Positions 1-8,992 of a stretch of DNA of 64,000 nucleotides are shown one piece after another. Each line of letters begins with the position of its first letter. The first letter of the stretch is position 1. Origin of the DNA: Gemmatimonadales bacterium (lineage in GTDB: Bacteria; Gemmatimonadota; Gemmatimonadetes; Gemmatimonadales; GWC2-71-9); contig JBOHSD010000013.1 in the NCBI GenBank assembly GCA_050733075.1, positions 4,443-68,442 on the forward strand, given 5' to 3'. The notes beneath the pieces were generated by a model. The model worked only from the letters and a program-made list of their open reading frames with translations. It had not been told where the DNA came from and ran no database searches. The position numbers and the translations under genes are program-made.

Positions 1-539
1 TCTACGCCGATTTTCACAGTCTCTTCCTGGGTATGCAGAAGGACGGCATCCGGGTTTTGCAGCCGCTTCCCCAAGCGGCCGACTGGTTCGGCTGCTTCGA
101 CCTGGTGCAGCTCAACGAAGAAGAGATGCGACAGCTCTCGCCTGACCCGCTCACCCTGGCAGCCGGAGCGCTGGATGCCGGAGTCTCATTGCTGACGGTG
201 ACGCTCGGACCGCGGGGGGTGGCGTATGTCTCCGCACCAGGATTCGACGGAATCGGCGAACTCGGTGTCACCCCGAGCGACCCGCAGCCTCCTCGCTTCG
301 CTCAGGGTGACACCCACACAGCCGTACGCACGGCGTTAATACCGGCGCCGCCGGTGGAAACCCTCGACCCCACCGGCTGCGGCGACGTGTTCGGTGCCGC
401 GGCATTTGCTCGGCTCCTGGCCGGCGATCGGGTGGAAGCCGCGCTCCGGCATGCCGTCGCCCTGGCAGCCCGCAACGCGGGGTTCCGGGGGGCCAGCGGC
501 CTGAGCCGCCATCTGCGCGGCGAGCTGGTGACCCCGTGA
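1..539 (+). CDS. PfkB-family carbohydrate kinase, C-terminal part (5' end outside window)
   Basis: Frame of track ORF 33..539 stays open back to the window start. PfkB motif-2-like DPTGCGDVFGAAAF. Stop overlaps the next start (GTGA at 536-539). Confidence 0.7.
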   Translation, partial: YADFHSLFLGMQKDGIRVLQPLPQAADWFGCFDLVQLNEEEMRQLSPDPLTLAAGALDAGVSLLTVTLGPRGVAYVSAPGFDGIGELGVTPSDPQPPRFAQGDTHTAVRTALIPAPPVETLDPTGCGDVFGAAAFARLLAGDRVEAALRHAVALAARNAGFRGASGLSRHLRGELVTP

Positions 540-1438
540 CCCGGGTCATCGAGGTTCCTGCCCACTTCGAAGATCGCACCTTTGACGCATTCGCCGCCGG
601 CTTCGGCGAGTGGCCCCCAACCGAAAAGTTGTTGCTGGATGCCCGTGCCACCCAGTGGGCCTCACCCTACGGCCTGATCGGTATCCTCACTGCCGGACAG
701 GCGATCGCCGAGGCCAAGCGGGACAAACCGCTGCTCACGGTGCCGACCAGCGACGAGGTGAAGCGCTATTGGGCGCGGGCAGGATTCTTCCATCACGCAG
801 CGGAGCTCTTCGAGCTTCACGGCAAGGTGCCCCGAGGCGGGGCAACCGGGCCCTCGGATGTATTGCTCGATGTGACACCGGTCCGCGCCTCCGAGGATGT
901 GCACGGAGTGGTGGACAAGATCTCCGAAGGGGCCTCCCGGATACTGCACGGCGAGCTGGGCCTCGAGATGAAGGCCACCTTGCGCTTCAGTATGGCGCTT
1001 TCGGAGGCCTGCCAGAATATTGTGGAGCACGCGGGCACCAGCGGCTGGGTGGCGGTTCAGGCCTATACTTTTCGGCGGCGCCTTGGCCGGCGCGTCGTCG
1101 TCATTGCGGTGAGCGATGCCGGGGTCGGTTTCCGCCGCTCCCTCGAAAGCACTCATGCCAAGCGATTCGGCGACCGCTGGGGCGATGGCGCGGCGCTCGA
1201 GGCGGCGCTGATTCAGGGCGTCAGCCGGTTCCGCGACCCCGGCCGCGGGCAGGGGCTCGCCTTCATCAAGCGATTTCTCGACCAGTGGGAGGGGAAGATC
1301 TCCATTCGCAGCGGTACCGCCCGGCTATCCATCGTGCCATCATGGGACGAAGATGTGCCGCTGAACGATCATCTTCCCCCGTTCCCCGGAGCCCAGGTGC
1401 AGATCATCATCCCCGCTCAGGTCCCGAAGTCCCCGTGA
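536..1438 (+). CDS. GHKL/HATPase_c-type ATP-binding protein (RsbW/SpoIIAB-like kinase fold, no H-box)
   Basis: Track ORF 536..1438 with a GTG start. ATPase boxes EACQNIVEHAG, VSDAGVGF and GRGQGLAFIKRF. No HisKA phospho-acceptor motif seen. Confidence 0.6.
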   Translation: MTRVIEVPAHFEDRTFDAFAAGFGEWPPTEKLLLDARATQWASPYGLIGILTAGQAIAEAKRDKPLLTVPTSDEVKRYWARAGFFHHAAELFELHGKVPRGGATGPSDVLLDVTPVRASEDVHGVVDKISEGASRILHGELGLEMKATLRFSMALSEACQNIVEHAGTSGWVAVQAYTFRRRLGRRVVVIAVSDAGVGFRRSLESTHAKRFGDRWGDGAALEAALIQGVSRFRDPGRGQGLAFIKRFLDQWEGKISIRSGTARLSIVPSWDEDVPLNDHLPPFPGAQVQIIIPAQVPKSP

Positions 1439-1968
1439 TACAAACGATCCGGATCGGACACCTGCTGCGCGAGGCGGTGGCAGCTCCCTACCGCAACCTC
1501 GTCACCCGGCCCACCGGAGCCGCCGTGCGCACCCGTATCGAGGAGACCCTGGCGCGCTCCAACTGTCTGACCGCACTTCTGGATTTCTCCGAGGTCGAGC
1601 TGGTCGATCTGAGCTGCGCCGACGAAGTGGTGGCCAAGTTGCTCCTGGCTGTACCGACCCCGTATTTCGTGGTGCTCCAGGGCCTCCGTGAAGATCATCA
1701 CGAGGCCATCGATCACGTGCTTACCCATCACCGGCTGGCCATAGCGGCGGTTCCGCCCGGTGGCGAGCCCCGGCTGCTCGGCTGGGTGCGGGCCGACTCG
1801 CGGGAAGCGTTCGCCTGCATCTGCCAGAGCGGCCCGCTGGGAGTGGCGGATCTGTCGCAAGGGCTGGGCTGGCCCGAGGCCCGGAGCCGGGACGCCCTCA
1901 GCGATCTGGCGCTGCTCCGGCTGGTCCGCCTCATAGGCGAGCGCTATTACCCGCTCCAGACCGCATGA
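1435..1968 (+). CDS. STAS-like (DUF4325-type) domain protein with wHTH-like C-terminus
   Basis: Only the 3' third of track ORF 610..1968 is credible. GTG at 1435 overlaps the upstream stop (GTGA). TRPTGAAVRTRIEE...LLDFSEVELVDLSCADEVVAKLL fits the DUF4325 pattern. Confidence 0.55.
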   Translation: MIQTIRIGHLLREAVAAPYRNLVTRPTGAAVRTRIEETLARSNCLTALLDFSEVELVDLSCADEVVAKLLLAVPTPYFVVLQGLREDHHEAIDHVLTHHRLAIAAVPPGGEPRLLGWVRADSREAFACICQSGPLGVADLSQGLGWPEARSRDALSDLALLRLVRLIGERYYPLQTA

Positions 1969-3116
1969 CCCGTCCCGCACTGGGTCTCTCGACTATAGCC
2001 ATCCACGGCGTCCCCCACCGCCGAGCCGACTGGAGCCCGGTGTCGCCTTCCCTGCACCAGAGCAGCACCTTCGTGAACCCGATCGGCGCCGATGACGAGG
2101 TGATCTACAGCCGCTACGGCAACAATCCCAACCAGGTAGATCTGGCCCGGAAGTACGCCCTGCTGGAGGGAGCCGACGCCGCCATCTTCGTCGCCAGCGG
2201 GATGGGCGCCACCGCTCTGGCCCACATGGCGGTGTTGCGCCCGGGCGATCACCTGATCTCCAGCACCTGGATCTACGGCGGAACCCAGCGCCTCTTCGAT
2301 GAGGAGCTGGGGCGGTACGGAGTCGAGGTCACCTATGTCGTCCCCAACGAGGCGCGCGGCTGGCGCAAGGCGGTTCGGAAGTCTACCCGGGCCATATTCG
2401 TGGAGACTCCGACCAATCCGCTCATGCGGATCATCGATCTGGGGCCCATAGCCTACGTGGCCGAGGAGTTCGGGCTGGCGCTGCTGGTGGATGCCACTTT
2501 TGCGAGCCCCATCAACTTCCGCCCGCTGGAGCACGGCGCCGACGTGGTCATCACCAGCGCAACCAAATACCTGAACGGCCATAGCGACGTGATCGCCGGC
2601 GCCGTGGCGGGCTCGGTCTCATTCGTCGAGGAGGTGAACCGGCTGATGCGGCTTTGGGGCCAGGCGATCGATCCTCACGCTGCCTGGCTCATCGACCGGG
2701 GCATGCGGACCCTGGCGGTCAGGATGGAGCGCCACAACGCCAACGGCATCGCCGTGGCGCAGTGGGCCGAGCAACACTCCGGCATTGCCAGAGTGCACTA
2801 TCCCGGCCTGCCCTCCCATCCCGATCACCCGTACGCTAAGTCCGTACTGGCCGGCTTTGCCGGGATGGTGGGCCTCGAGGTCGCGGGCGGTGCAAAGGCG
2901 GCCGAGCGCCTGCTCGGGCGCCTCAAGCTCATCACCCACGCCCCCAGCCTGGCCGGCGTGGAGACCCTGGTGTCGGAGCCCCGGCTCACCTCCCACAAGG
3001 GCATCGGTCCGGACGGCCGCGCCAAGATGGGAATTCCGGATGGCTTTCTCCGCCTGAGCTGCGGGATCGAGGATGCAGCCGACATCATCGGGGATCTGGA
3101 GCAGGGGCTGAAGTAG
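1965..3116 (+). CDS. Cys/Met-metabolism PLP-dependent enzyme (cystathionine gamma-synthase/beta-lyase family)
   Basis: Track ORF 1965..3116. PLP-lysine region SATKYLNGHSDVIAG. Family-typical GMGA and HPSH motifs. ATGA overlap with the upstream gene. Confidence 0.85.
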   Translation: MTRPALGLSTIAIHGVPHRRADWSPVSPSLHQSSTFVNPIGADDEVIYSRYGNNPNQVDLARKYALLEGADAAIFVASGMGATALAHMAVLRPGDHLISSTWIYGGTQRLFDEELGRYGVEVTYVVPNEARGWRKAVRKSTRAIFVETPTNPLMRIIDLGPIAYVAEEFGLALLVDATFASPINFRPLEHGADVVITSATKYLNGHSDVIAGAVAGSVSFVEEVNRLMRLWGQAIDPHAAWLIDRGMRTLAVRMERHNANGIAVAQWAEQHSGIARVHYPGLPSHPDHPYAKSVLAGFAGMVGLEVAGGAKAAERLLGRLKLITHAPSLAGVETLVSEPRLTSHKGIGPDGRAKMGIPDGFLRLSCGIEDAADIIGDLEQGLK

Positions 3117-3125
3117 GAGCTAGTA

Positions 3126-3195
3126 GCTATTGGCTATTGGCTATTGGCTATTGGCTATTGGCCATTGGCTATTGGCTATTGGCTATTGGCTATTG
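3126..3195. repeat. Heptamer microsatellite array 1: (GCTATTG)x10, one GCCATTG variant
   Basis: Read directly. Ten contiguous 7-nt units start 10 nt after the stop at 3116. Confidence 0.95.
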
Positions 3196-3269
3196 CCTCT
3201 CGGCGGTGAATCGGTACTGGAATCATTGTAAGGATTAGGCAGTCGAGGAAGACACCCCATAATTGACCT

Positions 3270-3668
3270 ATGGGTGACTTCAAGAAGTTGGATGTATGGC
3301 AGGCTGCGCATTTACTCGCCTGCGCGGTATATAAGAGCACTTGCATTTTTCCGAAGACAGAAGCCTATGGCCTCACCAGCCAGCTCCGCCGTTCAGCGGC
3401 TTCAATCCCCGCGAACTTAGCCGAGGGTTGTGGGCGCAGCGGAGATGTCGAGTTCGGTCGCTTCGTGCGAATCAGCCTTGGCTCGGCAACAGAACTTGAG
3501 TACCACCTTCTTCTCTCACGAGACGTTGGGTTGCTGGACGAGTCGACCTACACACAGCTATCGGCACAGGCAAGGAGAATCCAAGGCATGCTGGCCGGGC
3601 TTATACGCGCACTCAAGTCAAACAGTTCGCACTCGAGGTCAAAAGGGGCAAACGCCAATAGCCAATAG
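3270..3668 (+). CDS. Four-helix-bundle protein (23S rRNA intervening-sequence / S23-IVS family, Avd-like)
   Basis: Track ORF 3270..3668. Family hallmarks DVWQAAHLL, YGLTSQLRRSAASIPANLAEGCGR and LGSATELEYHLLL. Visibly AT-richer than its neighbours. The last codons read into heptamer array 2. Confidence 0.85.
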   Translation: MGDFKKLDVWQAAHLLACAVYKSTCIFPKTEAYGLTSQLRRSAASIPANLAEGCGRSGDVEFGRFVRISLGSATELEYHLLLSRDVGLLDESTYTQLSAQARRIQGMLAGLIRALKSNSSHSRSKGANANSQ

Positions 3669-3684
3669 CCAATAGCCAACAGCC
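3654..3684. repeat. Heptamer microsatellite array 2: (GCCAATA)x3 + GCCAACA + GCC, inverted relative to array 1
   Basis: Read directly. It is the reverse complement of the array-1 unit and lies between the four-helix gene and ftsE. Confidence 0.9.
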
Positions 3685-3700
3685 TTCTTATTATCCCCTC

Positions 3701-4386
<686 letters not shown>

Positions 4387-4390
<4 letters not shown>

Positions 4391-5256
4391 AGCTCCTCAC
4401 CCGGGAAGCGCTCCTCTCCTTCCGGCGGGCGCCGCTGCTCTCGGTGCTCTCGGTGACCACCATCGCCTTTTCGCTCTTCACGGTCGGCCTCTTCGGACTG
4501 GTGGCGGTCAACCTGCGCCAGGCACTGAAAGGGCTGGAGGAAAGGGTGGAGATCGTCGCCTACACCCTGCGGGGGACGCCGTCCGAATCGATCGCGCTGG
4601 CCACCCAGGACATCGCCGCGTTTCCCGAGGTCAGGGACGTGAGCTACGTGAGCGAGGAAGATGCCCTTCGGCGCGCGCGGGCGGAGCTGGTGGAGTTCCG
4701 GGACGCGTATCGCGACATCCAGGTCAATCCGCTCCCTGCCTCGATCGAGGTGCGGATGAAGGAGGGCTACCGGGATGCGGCCACGGTCGAGCGGGTAGCC
4801 CAGCGGCTCCGCGGCTTCGGGTTCATCGAGGACGTGCGCTTCGGCCGGGAGTGGGTCCAGAAGCTCGATCACCTGCGCAACATCACCGGCATCGTCGGCT
4901 TGGTGATAGGACTGGCGTTCGCGGCCGTCGCCGTGGTCATTATCGGCGTCACCATTCGCCTCACCGTCCTCCAGCGGGCCCGCGAGATCTCCATCATGCG
5001 GCTGGTCGGCGCAACCAACTGGTTCGTCCGCGGGCCGTTTCTGCTGGAGGGAGCGCTGAAGGGCCTGCTCGGAGGGCTCCTTTCCCTGGTGCTCTGCTAC
5101 GCCGGATACATCCTCTTTCGCGACAACAGCGGCGGCACCCTCGCCGACCTCATCTTCTTCGGGCCGGAGCAGATGGCGCTGCTCATCATCTTCGGGGTCC
5201 TCCTCGGCCTGGGCGGCAGCATGGTCAGCGTGGGGCGGCATCTCAGGCATGTTTGA
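4387..5256 (+). CDS. ftsX: Cell-division permease-like protein FtsX
   Basis: Track ORF. GTGA overlap with ftsE. One N-terminal TM, a periplasmic loop and three C-terminal TMs (FtsX topology). Confidence 0.85.
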
Positions 5257-6496
5257 GAGGACGGAGAGGGCGGAGAGGACGGAGGCAGCGGAGAGGTGGT
5301 TCCGTCTTCTCCGTCCTTTCCGTCTTCTCCGTCTGGTCCTCCCCACCCTTGTGCTCGCCCTATCGCTTCAAGCACAGCAAACGCCGGATCTCGAGGAGAG
5401 TCGCCGCCGACTGGAGGAGATCCGGGCGGAGCGCGACCGGCTGCAGCAGCAGCAGCGCCGCTTGCAGGGGCAGGTGCACGACGTCAACGACGAGCTGAGC
5501 AACCTGGAGCGGCAGCGGGAATCCACCCACCGGATCGTGAACGAGATCGAGCGGCAGATCGGCGGCCTGGCCTCCCAGCTCGACCGATCGAGTGCGGAGC
5601 TGATTCTGGCGCAGGACAACCTGGCCGAACGCCGGGCAGTGCTGCAACGCCGCCTGGCCGACATCTACAAGCGGGGCCCGCTGCACACGTTTCAGGTGCT
5701 GCTTGCCGCCGAGGGCTTCGGCGATCTCCTGAGCCGCTACAAGTATCTCTATCTCACCAGCCAGCAGGACCGGGCCCTGGTGAGTGACGTGGAAAAGCTC
5801 CGCAATCGTGTCGTGCAGCAGCGCAATAATATCCTCAACGTGCGGGGGGAGCTCGACCGCCGGAGGGACGAGCGCGAGGCAGAGTTCAGCAAGTACAGCG
5901 ATCTCGCCGCCGAGAGGGCCAGGAAGCTCCAGACCCTGCGGCGCTCGGCTCGCACCACGGAGCAACGTCTCACGGCGCTCCAGAAGGACGAGGCCCGGCT
6001 CAACGGGGTCCTCGCCGCGCTGGAGCGAGCCCGGCGTGAGGAGCTCGCCCGGGGTGCGCTCCGCGGCGGCGTCGCGGCGCCGGGCTCGATCACCACGGCC
6101 GACCTGGGCCGGCTCGATTGGCCGGTCGAGGGAGCAATCGTATATCGATTCGGTCGCGATACCCTCCCCAGCGGAGGCATCATCCGCTGGAACGGGGTAG
6201 GCATCGCCGCGGGGCTCGGCACACCGGTAAAAGCAGTCGAGGCTGGAAAGGTGCGGCTGGTGGGACAGTTCGGAACCTACGGACTGACCATCGTGGTGGA
6301 GCACGGCAACGGTTATTACTCGGTGTACTCGCACCTGGAGTCGGCCGGTGTCAAGCTCGGCGCGTCGGTTACCAAGGGTAGCATCCTCGGTACCGTGGGA
6401 GGCCAGCACTCGGACTATGGCCCCCACCTGCACTTCGAGATCCGGGGCGAGAACCAGATCGCGCTCGATCCGACGACGTGGCTTCGGCGGAAGTGA
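5249..6496 (+). CDS. envC: EnvC-like murein hydrolase activator (coiled coil + M23 peptidase domain)
   Basis: Track ORF. Long Q/R/E/L-rich coiled coil, then an M23 region (YGLTIVVEHGNGYYSVYSHL...GPHLHFEIR). Position after ftsEX. The start is uncertain because the first ~90 nt are repeat sequence. Confidence 0.75.
   Translation: MFERTERAERTEAAERWFRLLRPFRLLRLVLPTLVLALSLQAQQTPDLEESRRRLEEIRAERDRLQQQQRRLQGQVHDVNDELSNLERQRESTHRIVNEIERQIGGLASQLDRSSAELILAQDNLAERRAVLQRRLADIYKRGPLHTFQVLLAAEGFGDLLSRYKYLYLTSQQDRALVSDVEKLRNRVVQQRNNILNVRGELDRRRDEREAEFSKYSDLAAERARKLQTLRRSARTTEQRLTALQKDEARLNGVLAALERARREELARGALRGGVAAPGSITTADLGRLDWPVEGAIVYRFGRDTLPSGGIIRWNGVGIAAGLGTPVKAVEAGKVRLVGQFGTYGLTIVVEHGNGYYSVYSHLESAGVKLGASVTKGSILGTVGGQHSDYGPHLHFEIRGENQIALDPTTWLRRK
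5255..5333. repeat. Complex GGAGAGG/CCGTC repeat block (9-nt periodic arm 5255-5297, inverted tandem arm 5300-5333)
   Basis: Read directly. 5259-5284 is an exact reverse-complement match to 23612-23637. Confidence 0.85.
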
Positions 6497-6561
6497 GGCA
6501 GACGGGCGCAGCCCGCCGACTCACCCATCCGCCCGTCCGCCCCGCTGCCCCGCTGCCCCGC

Positions 6562-7467
6562 CTACATTGCCATTCCTATTCGCTCACCGGCCTGAGCCTT
6601 GCCCCGCATCAGCGCCGCCTCGGCCAGAGCGTACAGCTCGTCGGTCTGGGAGACTGCCGGGTGAGGATAGGTTACGATGCCAGCGGTGAAGCGGGGACGA
6701 TCCAGGCGAGGATCTCCCTCCGAAGGAACCACGGAGAGCCGCTCGCGAACCCGGAGTACCGATTGCCGGGCCCCGGTCTGACCGGTCTCGGGTAGAACTA
6801 TGGCAAACTCACTGCTCCCATAGGTAACCACGAAATCAGGCACCCTGAGCTCCTTGCGGAGCACGCCGGCAACCTCTCGTCGGAGCTGGTCCGCCGCTTC
6901 CGGGCCGCGCCGCTCCTCGATAGTCCGAAGCTCGTCGATTCCCAGCAGGATGAGGCTGAAGCTGAGGGAGTACCGTCGCGCCCGCTCGAACTCCTGCCGC
7001 ACCCTTCGGTCGAGTGCTTCCGACGCCGCGCCACTTTCGGGAAGCTCCGCGGCGATATCCTCTCCAGCAGGTACGGCGGCCACGGCTTGCCGTTCGCGGA
7101 TCCGCGCGTGCAGCCGGGCGCAGAGCTCGGGGAGATGTACCGGCGCCGCCAGAGCATCGGCCGCGCCGAGAGCCAGCGAGGCTGCCGGTGCGTCAGGATC
7201 TTTGGCGGCGGTGATGACGATGCGGGGCGGAGCCGGACCAGACTCCGGAGGCAGGGGCCGGAGCAGGTCGGCGAGCTGGCCCTGCTCCAGCTTTCCGACC
7301 GTGATCAGGACGGCATCGGCCGCGGGCTCGGCGGACGGGTCCCCGAGCTCGACCAGCTGAAAGCCCGCCCGGGTGAGCGCCCGCTCCAGCCCAGAGGGTC
7401 GGGCGGACGGGTCTCCGGCAAGGAGCACTTTAGGGCGAGCGACCGGCCCTAGCGCCTCGTCGCTCAC
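6562..7467 (-). CDS. Receiver-like domain + degenerate GGDEF domain protein (motif GSSEF)
   Basis: Track ORF 6562..7554. I prefer the GTG at 7467, because 7554 would overlap the divergent nfo start at 7485 by 70 nt. GGDEF-domain pattern RYSLSFSLILLGID...TYGSSEFAIVLPET. Confidence 0.7.
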   Translation of the reverse strand: MSDEALGPVARPKVLLAGDPSARPSGLERALTRAGFQLVELGDPSAEPAADAVLITVGKLEQGQLADLLRPLPPESGPAPPRIVITAAKDPDAPAASLALGAADALAAPVHLPELCARLHARIRERQAVAAVPAGEDIAAELPESGAASEALDRRVRQEFERARRYSLSFSLILLGIDELRTIEERRGPEAADQLRREVAGVLRKELRVPDFVVTYGSSEFAIVLPETGQTGARQSVLRVRERLSVVPSEGDPRLDRPRFTAGIVTYPHPAVSQTDELYALAEAALMRGKAQAGERIGMAM

Positions 7468-7484
7468 GCTATACAGAGGAACGA

Positions 7485-8366
7485 ATGCATCAGCCGAATA
7501 CGCCGGAGCGTCTGGGGGCGCATGTTTCGGTCCAGGGCGGCGTCGAAAGGGCACCGGTCAGGGGCAAGGCGATTGGGGCCACGGCCATCCAGGTGTTCAC
7601 CAAGACGCCCAGCCAGTGGCGCGAGCCAGGCCACTCGTCGGAGTCGTGCGCCGCGTTCCGGAGGGAATGCGAGCGCTGCGATTTGGCTTCTATAGTGGCG
7701 CATGATTCGTACCTTATCAACCTCGCGTCGCCCGACCCCGCCTTAAGTGCTCGCTCGGAGGCGTCTTTCGCGGCCGAGCTTCGGCGCTGCCAGGCTTACG
7801 GGATATCATACGTGGTGTCGCACCCCGGCAACTATATCGATTCCAGGGATGCCGGCCTGGTCCGTAATGCCAGGGCCTACACCCGGGTCCTTCGGGCCGT
7901 GCCCGGCTCCATAGCCGTGCTGGTCGAGACCACGGCCGGCTGCGGGACTGCACTCGGTAGCACCTTCGAGGAGCTCGCCGTCCTCCGCAGCCTGATCGCT
8001 GATGACGTCAGGCACCGAATAGCCTTCTGCGCCGACACCTGCCACCTCTATTCCGCAGGGTATGATCTGCGGGGCCATTACGATACCGTGTGGCAGCATT
8101 GGGACGAGGTCCTCGGGCTCGAGAGCCTCGTCTGTCTTCACCTGAACGACTCCAAGACAAGATTTGCATCGCGGCGCGATCGACACGAGCTGATCGCTGA
8201 GGGCTCCCTCGGGCCCCAGCCGTTCCGCCGGATCATGAACGATCCCCGGCTGGCCCATGTCATCAAGATTCTGGAGACCCCCAAGGGAAAGGATGGGGTC
8301 ACGGCAGACCGAAAGATGCTGCGGCGCCTGCGACGCTACACCAGATCGGGCCGGCACCCGCGTTGA
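7485..8366 (+). CDS. nfo: Deoxyribonuclease IV (endonuclease IV)
   Basis: Track ORF. N-terminus LGAHVSVQGG...AIQVFTKTPSQW, and later HDSYLINLAS, VSHPG and HLNDSK motifs typical of Nfo. Confidence 0.85.
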   Translation: MHQPNTPERLGAHVSVQGGVERAPVRGKAIGATAIQVFTKTPSQWREPGHSSESCAAFRRECERCDLASIVAHDSYLINLASPDPALSARSEASFAAELRRCQAYGISYVVSHPGNYIDSRDAGLVRNARAYTRVLRAVPGSIAVLVETTAGCGTALGSTFEELAVLRSLIADDVRHRIAFCADTCHLYSAGYDLRGHYDTVWQHWDEVLGLESLVCLHLNDSKTRFASRRDRHELIAEGSLGPQPFRRIMNDPRLAHVIKILETPKGKDGVTADRKMLRRLRRYTRSGRHPR

Positions 8367-8398
8367 CCGGTGTTCCTCGCCGGTCCATACTTGCCGCC

Positions 8399-8992
8399 AT
8401 GCGCGCCTTTCCGCTGTCGCTTCTGTTGTCCCTCGCGGCCGTTTCCGTGGTTCAGGCCCAGATGGATTATTACGTCAGGCTTGGTGTCACCGCCGCCACC
8501 AACCTCATGCGCGACCATGTGGTCGAGGAGATCGAGGTGCGACAGGGACTGGCCCCCACCCTGGCATTGGGCGCGGCCTTTCCCATTGCGCCGCTCTACC
8601 GCGCCGGGCTCGAGGCCACGCTGACCACCTCCGGCCACCGCAGCACCCAGGGCGGAACCGAGACCGATCTGGGCACCATCAGGACCGGCTCCATGATCCT
8701 GGGGCTCGACGGGCCTATCGGGCTCAACTTCCGGTGGCGGGCCGGAGCCGGTCTCATCTCATATTGGCCCAGCGAGGAGCGCGGCATCTTCTTACGGGGC
8801 GGGACCACCCGGTTCCTGGCGGGCGCGGGCTTAGACTATCGCCGGCCGGCAATGGAAAGCTGGGAGCTGATGGTCTCTCTGCGGTACGACGTGCACCGAT
8901 TCACCACCGACGAGCTGCAGGCTCGGGGCTTCAGCCAGAGCCAGGGAGTGCAGCGGATTGCCGCCACCATCGGACTGGCCCGGGGCAACTGA
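8399..8992 (+). CDS. Secreted/outer-membrane hypothetical protein (beta-rich)
   Basis: Track ORF 8363..8992. The ATG at 8399 gives a clean signal peptide MRAFPLSLLLSLAAVSVVQAQ. Alternating beta-strand-like pattern. Confidence 0.5.
   Translation: MRAFPLSLLLSLAAVSVVQAQMDYYVRLGVTAATNLMRDHVVEEIEVRQGLAPTLALGAAFPIAPLYRAGLEATLTTSGHRSTQGGTETDLGTIRTGSMILGLDGPIGLNFRWRAGAGLISYWPSEERGIFLRGGTTRFLAGAGLDYRRPAMESWELMVSLRYDVHRFTTDELQARGFSQSQGVQRIAATIGLARGN

Noticed and set aside
610-1434. The first two-thirds of the 452-aa track ORF 610..1968
   Set aside because: It overlaps the GHKL-ATPase gene in another frame and has the Arg/Gly/Pro/Ala-rich composition typical of off-frame reading in high-GC DNA. Only the part from the GTG at 1435 looks like a real protein.
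3126-3195. Possible CRISPR array
   Set aside because: The units are 7 nt and contiguous with no spacers. This is a microsatellite, not a repeat-spacer array, and no cas genes are present.
3270-3668. Avd accessory gene of a diversity-generating retroelement
   Set aside because: The family fits, but there is no reverse transcriptase and no template/variable repeat pair anywhere nearby.
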